This document shows, piece after piece, positions 53,525 to 64,000 of a stretch of 64,000 bases of DNA (positions are counted from its first letter, which is position 1; each line of letters starts with the position of its first letter). The stretch lies in assembly GCF_026210795.1 (NCBI RefSeq), contig NC_089434.1, positions 1,054,001-1,118,000 on the forward strand, in the 5' to 3' direction. Both the position numbers and the translations under genes were made by a program. The notes beneath the pieces are model-generated. The model was not told the DNA's origin. It made no database searches and worked only from the letters and a program-made list of their open reading frames with translations. This DNA comes from Rhizophagus irregularis. Taxonomy: Eukaryota.

Positions 53525-54190
53525 ACTATAAAAATCATCTTTAATAATTGGTCGCATTATATCACCTTGAAATACACTATTATTTTCTTTAGCATTCCTT
53601 TTTCACATTTAGATTATGTGCAATCATATAATAGACAATGAATGAAAGCATATTTGCGGACTATAAAAAAGTAATGGTTATTATAATTCAAGTTGTTAAA
53701 GAACATTACATTTATGTTATTAGGCCATTCCAAACTAATAATTAGTTTAACGTTTTTTCTGGCTGAAAATTTTGGGGGGGAGGGAATAATTTAAACATAT
53801 ATAATATTTAAACATATTAAAATTTTCGGAAGTTTCGGTAAAATCGGAAATATTTGGTACACCCAATTTCAGAAAAGAGAGGGGGGCTTTAAACATATGT
53901 GAACATATGTGTTTAAATTATTTTAAAATTTTCAAAAATAGGGGGAAAGGAGGACGTTAAACTAAAAATTGATTCGGAATGGCCTAAACTTCGATGATTT
54001 ATCGCAAAAAAATAAAATTTTCTAAGTTCCACTAAAATTCCTTCAGGTAAATTGACTCGAATTTCGCTATCAGTCATAGATCACCAGCTTCGATATAATT
54101 AACACCACGAAATGTATTTTTGATAATCATCGATGTCAACATATTATGCGGTAAAGGCTCATCAAATGATCTTCTTATCGTCTCTCTTTT
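53525..54190 (-). pseudogene. Cytochrome P450 pseudogene fragment (paralog of the two downstream genes)
   Basis: 53525-53660 matches exon 2 start (56060-56195) and 54030-54157 matches exon 1 end (56305-56440). This is joined directly to 5' flank sequence (cttatcgtctctcttttc), i.e. a large internal deletion with frameshifts. Confidence 0.8.
53723..53984. mobile_element. 262-bp MITE with GGCC termini in the P450 pseudogene intron
   Basis: ggccattccaaactaataattagtttaacg versus reverse complement of cgttaaactaaaaattgattcggaatggcc. Flanks tta / taa. Confidence 0.75.
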
Positions 54191-54220
54191 CTTTATTTTA
54201 TTTTTTTTTTTATGTTGAAC

Positions 54221-54380
54221 GGGTGTCGTCTAAAATCTTGAAACTCAAAATCCTAAAATCCAACAGGTCAAAATCTTTACAGAACGACTTTCAGGCAGCA
54301 TTAAAGCTTAATGTGGGCCAATTTTTCTGGATTTTGGATTTCGGGATTCGGAGTCGGGATTTTGAGTTTCGGGATTTCGC
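54221..54380. mobile_element. 160-bp insertion with 8-bp TSD (tgttgaac), built of aaatcc/ggattt inverted motifs; related fragment at ~61435-61520
   Basis: Direct repeat at 54213-54220 and 54381-54388. Absent from the paralogous 5' flanks at ~57375 and ~60435. Confidence 0.7.
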
Positions 54381-55622
54381 TGTTGAACAGCGTCTTCAAT
54401 TCCTTTAACTTTATTTTCTCAGGATATTTATATTTTTCTTTTTTTTTCTTGTATTACTAGTAATTTGAAATTATTTTACACACACTATATTTGTCGTCGG
54501 AATTAATTACGGTGTATGGAGTTTATACCCTTATGCCGTAATTCAAATACCGTAAAATAAAAAGATTGCGCGATATAAAAAAAAGAAATCCATTTGAATA
54601 TTTATCAAAAAATCAACATAAGCATTATAGATTTACAATTTATGGCATTATTTAATATGCATTTATGAATAATATATAGCATATTCAACATGCCGAATTT
54701 AATAATTCGCTATTTTCGACGATACGTCGATACGTACAGTCGTACAATATTAGTTGATCACCGACATAATTTGATTCAAGATGTGTGATTGTCAATTATA
54801 CAATGAGATGTATGACGCTCTCTAAATTAAATATTACCACTTCAATTATTAACTGCATGTGATAAATTTGTTAAATGGGATTTTTTCTTAAATTGATAAA
54901 CAGTATTACTTTAGGTCTTTTATTTTAAAACCCGATATAGTCAATATTGGATATTAAAAGATTTGATATTAAATTCGCAATATAATCTTGATAATACATA
55001 AAATATTATCCTGATGGGCCATATTTTTTATTACAAGGATCTACCGTATAATGCGGCCTGAAGAATTTTGTAAATTTCAGAGCTTTGACACATTATATGT
55101 TTGAAACTTACATAATTATATCGCCAGAAAATGAAAGGGGTATTATAACTACTAAGAGAGCTATGGTTTTGAACAATATTCCGCAGTTTCTTGACAGGTT
55201 CAGCTATACCATATCCAGTTTGCCAATTAATGTGTTGATTATATTCATTTCGTTACGTACAGTAATACATGCCAATTTTGCAAAACTTTTGCCAAAATAA
55301 ATGATTTAATTACTTACCATATGAAAAAATCTAGAAAAAACTCCAATAAATGATCATTTTTCTAGTTTTTATTTCGAAGAAACTCAGGCACGTGATCATT
55401 TTTCCGAAAAATTTTTTATAGGGTTATAATGTTGTCTAAATTATTCATGAACAATCACAAACCCCAATCCCGTAAAATATCTCCGCAATCATAATGCATC
55501 CTAACTTTATATATTTAGTCCTATTCAGTTATAAAAAAAATTGTGTAACATAATACATTACGTACCGCTGCGGTAAATATAAAATATTAAATTTATTTAG
55601 AGATGATATAGTAATAAGAAAA

Positions 55623-57338
55623 TCAATTTCTTGGTTTAATTTCAACTAATAATTCGACACAAGAAACTAAAATACCGCCATCACACTTAACTTTAATAGG
55701 AGAATTCATATCTACTAAATTAATTTCATATTTTCTAAACAATAAAGCAATCAAACAAACTAATTCAATCGTTGCTAACTTTCTTCCTGGACATAATCTT
55801 AATCCTCCACCAAACATGATAAAAGAATTTTTCTTTGGTTCAAAATTTTCATCCATCCATCTATCAGGGTTAAATTTATTAGGTTTCTCCCAATAATCAT
55901 TATTATTATGAATAGCTTGAATGTTAGCTAAAAACAATGTATCAGCCGGCCATTGATATCCTGCTATTTCACTAGGTTTATCAATATATCTTGTATTAAA
56001 GTGCACAATTGGGAGAATGCGAGCTGTTTCTTTTACAATTGCTTCACAGTATTTTAAATTATAAAAATCATCTTTATTAATTGTTCGCATTTTATCATCT
56101 TGGAATATACTATCAATTTCTTCTAACATTTTCTTTTTCACATTTGGATGATGTGCAATATAATAAATAATGAATGAAAGCATATTTGCAGACTATATTT
56201 GAAATAAAAAAAAGGAATTGTTAATATAATTCAAGTTAAAGCATATTGCATTTATGTTAAAAATAAAACATAAAATTCTCTAAAAACTTACTTTGTAAGA
56301 TCCATTGGAAATTCCATCGAATAAATTGACACGAATTTCACTGTCAGTCATAGATCTATTGGCTTCACCAGTTTCGATATAATTACCATCACGAAATGTA
56401 TTTTTGATAATCATCGATGTCAACATATCATGAGGTAAGGGTTTGTCCAATGGTGTATCTTCAATTTGTTGTCTACGTCTCTTAATAATTTCATCCAGTT
56501 TTTGATTGGTAAAACCTATGTTTTGAAGTATATCATTTGCTATATTTTTATAATACGGAACATAACGTCGTATAAAAGGAGTAGTTACGGAAAAGAATAA
56601 ATATCCCGTATGAAATTTACGAATTGCTTGAAATAATTTTTCAGAATCTTCGACTCTCTCTGATTGATGACCAGATTTTTCATCACTAAGAGTATTAAAA
56701 TAATTTGCCATTGAATAAGTCCTTTCCCCAGTTAATAATTTGATTATCATATCATTTTTATAATGATTAAACCAAATAAAAAAATCTAATTTATTTTTTT
56801 TTTCTTTGATAATTTCTTCTCTAGAAAATAACTTATCCCAATAACCTTCTAATTCATTGAAAAGTTCGTTTGTCCAATCAATAACTTCATTAGTAAATTT
56901 CGGTGACAAAATAGCTTGATTAAAAAAATGACGATTAAATGTCCAAGACTTAAAATTATTATTGTACGTTATTCCTTTTCCTTCAATTCCCAATTCTTTT
57001 AATCCCTTGTAATTTGCAGATCTCATTCCATGTGTACTCTTTGATAAAAAATCCTCAAGATATTCTGCTCGACATAATACTATGCATCGCAATAAATTAT
57101 TAGTTTCATATATGCCACCATATTTCTCGTAACAATATTTATAAAACATTGTGGTATCTCCATTATACCAAATAATATAAGGAAGAGTGCCAATTAGTGG
57201 GAACGGGAAAGGGCCAGGTAAAGGATTAACACGAGTAAAATATTTGTAATAATAATATATCACATATATTATTAATACTGTACTTAAAAACGATAAAATA
57301 AAATTATTAATTTCAAAATTCTCTATTTTAAAGATCAT
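55623..57338 (-). CDS. Cytochrome P450; exons 57338-56292 and 56192-55623
   Basis: N-terminal TM anchor, LPGPFPFP hinge, ETAR (ExxR), PDRW, heme motif FGGGLRLCPG. A 99-bp GT-AG phase-0 intron joins GSYK|SANML. Confidence 0.93.
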
Positions 57339-57642
57339 CTTATCGTTTCTCTTTTCTTTCTTTCTTTCTTTTTTGTTGCTAAACAGCTACTTAAATTCCT
57401 TTAACTTAGTTTTTTCAGGATTATACATGTATATATATATTTTTGTTGTATTTTGTAACATCTCATTTTAAATTTGATTCAATATGAGTGATCGTCATTT
57501 CACCGTATTTTGTAGTATATAAGCACCCCCTTTTTTTACACTTAATGCCAGTCAAGATCCTCATAATTCTGGGCGAAATCGCTATAATTCTGGCCAGGTG
57601 GTAGGGGTTCCTTGGTATTAACGATTAACGCTATCACGTGCA

Positions 57643-57841
57643 CCCTGTAAAAAATCTGATCCGTGTTTTATCTTTCCATGTTTTTTCCGTGAATGTATCA
57701 TTTTCATGGAATTTATAGCCTTAAATCATGGAAATTTTCATCTCGCTAACACGGATATCCGTGAATGTATCATTTTCACGGAATTTTTACGGAAGACACG
57801 GAGAAATAATGGAAATATTCGGATAAAAATTTTTTATAGGG
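57643..57841. mobile_element. ~200-bp MITE with CCCT termini
   Basis: ccctgtaaaaaatctgatccg versus cggataaaaattttttataggg; internal duplicated ccgtgaatgtatcattttca. Absent from paralogous intergenic segments. Confidence 0.6.
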
Positions 57842-58090
57842 GCAAGTGCATGACTTCTAAACTCGGGGCCAGTTCATCCGTTAATCCCCCATGTGGTAAA
57901 TTTGTTAAATGGGATTTTATTCCTTAATCGATTGTCAGACTGGTTGCAGTATATGCAGTATGATTTCCCAAGTACCATTTTCCTGAAATCAATTTTTCGA
58001 TTGACTATTTCCCGAACTGGATCATTTCCTAAAGCTGTGGCTTTGAACGATATTTTGCAGCTTCTTGACAGGTTCAGCTGTATCATATCC

Positions 58091-58386
58091 TAGAGGTTGA
58101 AACCGACCAAAAAAACCTTAACCGATTAATAATCGATTAACCAAGGGCCCTAATCGATTAATAATCGACAAATATTAACATTAAAAAATTTTTTTTTTTT
58201 TGGCCGCAGATTGCACCAAATTGTTTTTTTATAATACAAAAGTTAAAGAAAAGTCTTATTTTATTATTATTATTAAAAAATTAATACAAGTTCGGAGAAC
58301 ACGTGATCAAAAATTCACAGCTCTGGCTAGAATTATGGGTTGGATAATTTTAATCGATTAACCGTCTTAATCGATTCCAAACTCTG
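58091..58386. mobile_element. hAT-type MITE, 296 bp, 8-bp TSD tcatatcc
   Basis: Imperfect TIR tagaggttgaaaccga versus cagagtttggaatcga (reverse complement of right end). TSD at 58083-58090 and 58387-58394; repeated aatcgatt motifs. Empty paralogous sites at ~55210 and ~60830. Confidence 0.9.
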
Positions 58387-58679
58387 TCATATCCAGTTTG
58401 TCAATTAATGTGGTTGATTATATTCGTTTCGTTACGTACAGTACATAATGACAATTTTGCAAAACTTTTACAAAAATATAAATAAGTCTGACCTAAACGA
58501 TTTAATTACATATAAACGTCGTTTAAATTAATCGCAAAACCTAATTCCGTAAAGTATTCCGCAATCATAATGCATCCTAACTCAGTCCTATTCAGTTATA
58601 AAAAAATCGTGTAACATAATACAATACGTGCCGCTGCGGTACATAATTTATTTAGAGATGACTGACATAGTACATTTAT

Positions 58680-60391
58680 TCAATTTCTTGGTTTAATTTC
58701 AACTAATAATTCGACACAAGAAATTAAAATACCGTTACACTTAGTTTTAATAGGAGAATTCATATCTACTAAATTAATTTCATATTTTCTAAACAATAAA
58801 ACCATCAAACAAACTAATTCAATCACTGCTAACTTTCTTCCCGGACATAATCTTAATCCGTTACCAAACATGATAAAAGAATTTTTCTTTGGTTCAAAAT
58901 TTTCATTCATCCATCTATCAGGGTTAAATTCATTAGGTTCCTCCCAATAATTACCATTATTATGAATAGTTTGAACATTAATTAGAAAAAATGTGTCAGC
59001 TGGCCATTGATATCCTGCTATTTCACTAGGTTTATCAATATATCTTGTATTAAAGTGCACAATTGGGAGAATGCGAGCTGTTTCTTTTACAATTGCTTCA
59101 CAGTATTTTAGATTATAAAAATCATCTTTATTAATTGTTCGCATTTTATCATCTTGGAATATACTATCAATTTCTTCTAACATTTTCTTTTTCACATTTG
59201 GATGATGTGCAATATAATAAATAATGAATGAAAGCATATTTGCAGACTATATTTGAAATAAAAAAAGGAATTGTTAATATAATTCAAGTTAAAGCATATT
59301 GCATTTATGTTAAAAATAAAACATAAAATTCTCTAAAAACTTACTTTGTAAGATCCATTGGAAATTCCATCGAATAAATTGACACGAATTTCACTATCAG
59401 TCATAGATCTATTGGCTTCATCAGTTTCGACATAATCACCATCACGAAATGTATTCTTGATGATCATCGATGTCAACATATCATGAGGTAAGAGTTTATC
59501 CAATGGTGTAACTTCAATTTGTTGTCTACGTCTCTTAATAATTTCATCCAGTTTTTGATTGGTAAACTCTATGCTTTGAAGTAAATTATCTGCTATATTT
59601 TTAAAAAACGGAACATAACGTCGTACAAAAGGATAAATTATGAAAAAGAAACAATGTCCCGTATGAAATTTACGAATTGCTTGAAATAGTTTCTCAGAAT
59701 CTTCGACTCTCTCTGATTGATGACCAGATTTTTCATCACTAAGAGTATTAAAATAATTTGCCATTGAATAAGTTCTTTCCCCAGTTAATAATTTAATAAT
59801 CATATCATTTTTATAATGATTAAACCAATCAATAAAATCTAATTTATTTTTATTTTCTTTAATAATCTCTTCTCTAAGAAATAACTTATCCCAATAACTT
59901 TCTAATTCATTGAAAAGTTCATTTGTCCAATCAATAACTTCATTAGTAAATTTCGGTGACAAAATAGCTTTATTAAAAAAATTACGATTAAATGTCCACG
60001 ACCTAAAATTATTATTGTACGTTATTCCTTTTCCTTCAATTCCCAATTCTTTTAATCCTTTGTGATTTGGCGATCTCATCCAATGCGTATTTGATAAAAA
60101 ATTTTCAAGATATTCCGGTCGACATAAAACTATACTTCGTAAAATATTATTAGTCTCATATATGTCACCATATTTCTCGTAACAATATTTATTAAACATT
60201 AAAGTATCTCCTTTAAACCAAATAACATAATGGAAAGTACCAATGAATGGGAGGGGGAAAGGGCCAGGTAAAGGATTAACACGAGTAAAATATTTGTAAT
60301 AATAATATATCACATATATCATTAATACTGTACTTAAAAACGATAAAATAAAATTATTAATTTCAAAATTCTCAAGTGGTTTAAAAATCAT
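58680..60391 (-). CDS. Cytochrome P450, tandem paralog; exons 60391-59345 and 59246-58680
   Basis: Same architecture; heme motif FGNGLRLCPG; 98-bp GT-AG intron. Confidence 0.93.
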
Positions 60392-63300
60392 CTTATCGTT
60401 TCTCTTTTCTTTATTTTTCTTTCTTTCTTTCTTGTTGTTAAACAGCTACTTAAGCTCCTTTAACTTAATTTTTTCAGGATTTTATATATATATATATTTT
60501 TATTTTTTGTATTTTATAATTTGAAAATTATTTGTATATATGATCACGTCATTCTAAATTTGATTCAATACTATGTGTGATCGTCAATTACACAATGGGG
60601 AAGTGTATTTCACCTCTAATTAAATATTATCATCCCTTAACTGCATGTGGTAAATTTTGTTAAATGGGATCTTTTTCTTTAACTGATCGATAGACTGGTT
60701 GCTGTATGATTTCCCGAGTGTCATTTTGCTGAAGTCAATTTCCGATTCATTTCCCGAACTGGATCATTTCCTGAAACTGTGGCATGGTTTTGAACAATAT
60801 TCCGCAACTTCTTTACAGATTCAGCTGTATCATATCTAGTTTGTCAATTAATGTGGTTGGTTATGTTCGTCTCGTTACGTATATTTTCAATTTTGCGAAA
60901 CCTCAAGTGAACAAAATATAAACAAACAAATTTAAACTTAAATAATATAATTACTTGCTTGTAAGCGTTGTTTAAATTATTCACTATTAATCACAAGGCC
61001 TAATCTCGACTAACCCTATATATTTCAGTTCTATCGATAGCATAGAATAAAAAATTACAACGTGTAAAACAGTACTGAACTTTTGTAGTACATTGCGTGC
61101 CGCTGCGGTATATAATTCATTATACAGCAGATAACATACATTTGATTTACATAAATAACAAGAGTTCATGTTTAAAGGTGAGTTAGGATTATAAAATGTA
61201 AAATACATGGCTTTTAACTTCAGTTGTTCATTTCTAATAAAAACATGACATTCGAATTTATAATAATTATTTTTTAACCATAATTGAGTTAATTATGCAA
61301 ATTTTTTAGTATCTTGTTGTTATTTTTTTGTGTTAGTTAGAAATTTTTTTTAAAAAATAATTTTGTAGTGTTTTGCCGCTAATTTTATTGCTTATTAAAT
61401 GTCCCGTGATTAAGTGTGCGGATCGGCCTATTAGGGGGTGCCATCCAAAAATCTCGACAGGTCAATATCTTACAGAGCGACTTTCGGTCGGATTTATACC
61501 TGTCGGGATTTTGAGTTCTACCATACCATTATTGTATATTTCATTTACAATTATATATTATATTTAATTAGATAATGACACATTGTGCAAAGGTAGTGCG
61601 TAGAATTGACCAAAATAATAATGTAGGTCTTTCCTTTTATAGATAATGCCGCCGAAATATATTTCCTTTTTCAGACGTTGACTGGAATTATCATAATTCC
61701 GGCCCTGAAAAAATGCTTAGAGCTAATAGTAATTTTTATTTTGGATGCACCTTACCTCTATATATATAGATAAATTTAATGCTTATTTCAAGACATCATT
61801 AGAGTTAGGAATGCGATTGAAAATAATTTGATGGGAATTGGATTAAGTAATTCCTCCAAAAAATAAAAAATTTGATGATTTTTTATTTACGGACAACAAA
61901 AATGATCAAAAATTGTGTCGTCAGGTTTGTCTAAGAAGGCGTTATCGCAGTCATCATTAATAGTACAAGAGAACGCAATAGAATTTTTGGAACCGAGGTT
62001 GGTGAAGATGAAGTAGTTAATAAACATAGGCAAGGGTTCTTGTACAAAGAAACATCTAAATAATTTCATAATCAACTAAAGATTATACTGCATTGGAGGT
62101 AGTAAGTACTGTATAATTAATGAAAAACGAAAAGAAGATAACCAAATAAAGACAGTAGAACATAAAGTCAGCGTTTAGGATACAAGCGGATCAAGAAAAC
62201 CAATGAATGAAGAATTTATAGAATTTCACGATGTTAATTTGGCTTGCATCTCACGTTTACTAAAAAATTAAGTGAAAGTTGACAAAAAGTAAGTACAAAA
62301 CGAACTAGTAATGAAGTGTGCAAGAAGGTCTGAATCAATCATGTAACGAGAGCAAAAAAGAGAAAAAGAGTAAAAAGAAAACTCAAGAGCTCGGGAAGAG
62401 ACGAATAATGCTCAGAAAAAGTTGATGCATTGAATAAATATAGAAAGGCGGATGGTAAGACCAATCGATTGAGATCGATTGACATATTCAAATGACATTT
62501 GATTGGACGAAAGTGCTTTATTTACAACAGGACGAACAAACAGAACAAATAAAAGAGTATAGAAATTCGGTATCGAAAGAGGTTTTCGTGGAGTATTTAA
62601 AAGAACAAAAGTTAAATAAACATTATAATGAAGATGGTAATCCATCGTCATAGTTTTTTTTATTGTAGTAAATTTAACTAATCATAAATTTTAGATTAGT
62701 TTATAATAACAAAAAATTTTTCATGTTATTTTTATTTTGTATATACTTTATTGATAACATGCATAGCGTGCACATCTTGGTAACATGATATTTTGTTATC
62801 AGTTATCAATAAAGAGAGTTATTAAAAAATTAATTCCTATTAGTTTCAGTTAAATAATGCAAACTTGGTACAAACTCCAAATTTTTCGTTGAACTTCATA
62901 ATCTACAATTTATTCTTTTGCTAGCAAGAAACTCTAATTTCCGCTATTATGAAAAAGCAATAAATTGAATCATGTGTTATCCAACCATCAAGAATTTTAA
63001 CTATGCTTCGAATAGCAAAATGAAAACTTATGCAACTAAATATTGTATAGCTTTAATAATTTTAGTAACTTTCTGACCTCATGAGATACTGTTAACATTT
63101 CTCTCCGAAATAATAAAAACCTATTATACAATTTCCATTTGATTTTCCAACTGTAGACAAACATGATAACGCCAAATTAGATTTTTCCTCTCATATTCTA
63201 TACGGTATTATACCATACGTCCTTATTAAAAGATTAGACTGTAATAATATTAAAGTAAATATTAAAACGATTTTATCAATTAAGTTTAGGAAATACTTTT

Positions 63301-64000
63301 AAGAAATGAAAAAATTAATTTTACGTGAATCTATAGAAATGAAGTATACAATATAATAATTGTGGATTAAATTAAAAATTATCTTGGAAAAATGGATGCA
63401 ATAGGCATAATATATATTTGTTTTGTAGTACAATTATCTACATCTTTAGAGAATAAAATAATTGTTAAATTTACATGCTAGTTAAACCTATTGGAGTAAA
63501 AAAAAAAATCGACATTCCTCTAATTTTTATCATAAATTGTAATTGATAAAATTTATTAATATTCAATCAGAAATTCTAAATCATAGACATTAACATCAAG
63601 CAACATTGTGAATTCTTTAGTGTCTTTGAACATTTTTTATTATAAAAATATTTTCAGTTTTTAGATTTTTGTTTGCGTAGAAAGAAGGATTACTAATAAC
63701 ACGATTTTTACGTGTTAATGATATTTTTGGTGTCATAATAATTCATCTACAGTAACAATGTGAATGATACGGTAAATTCCGGCCGCAGCATGGCGCAAAA
63801 AAAAATTTCTCTTTTACTTATTATCTCGGAGCCAAGACAAAACGACATGGCTACATTCGTGAGTGGGAGGGCGGGTTGCCTGTGGCAACACCGCGGGGCT
63901 TTCATTTTTTTATATCAAAGTGGATATGTAGTCAAATGAGAACTCCCGCAGGAGAGGAGTAATCATGTGATATGTCATCATATGAGCAGAAAATTTTGGA

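Noticed and set aside
61880..62651. Coding-like decayed stretch on the minus strand (MTMDYHLHYNVYL...)
   Set aside because: Possibly a TE remnant, but I could not recognise any motif.

Overview
Very AT-rich eukaryotic DNA with short GT-AG introns. The gene families resemble those of an arbuscular mycorrhizal fungus (Rhizophagus/Glomeromycotina); this is inference. Genes: an orphan gene, an F-box/LRR-like gene, a tandem array of four TKL-type kinase genes with a Cys4 N-terminus and micro-exon tails (plus two orphan 3' fragments), an intronless membrane protein with a DEG/ENaC-like TM2 motif, and two intact-looking cytochrome P450s with a non-canonical I-helix plus one P450 pseudogene. Mobile DNA is dense: many MITEs with readable TIRs/TSDs, a 3.7-kb TIR element in a kinase exon carrying a micro-exon array, a Zator-like element, Helitron-like ends and a decayed LINE. 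The most striking structure is a 5.5-kb palindrome (43413-48932) of two nearly identical 2.6-kb arms. Each arm carries the left end and transposase gene of a MULE, and they converge on a 319-bp spacer. This architecture matches maize Mu killer, so it is a candidate hairpin-RNA transposon-silencing locus. All alignments were done by eye and no database searches were run.
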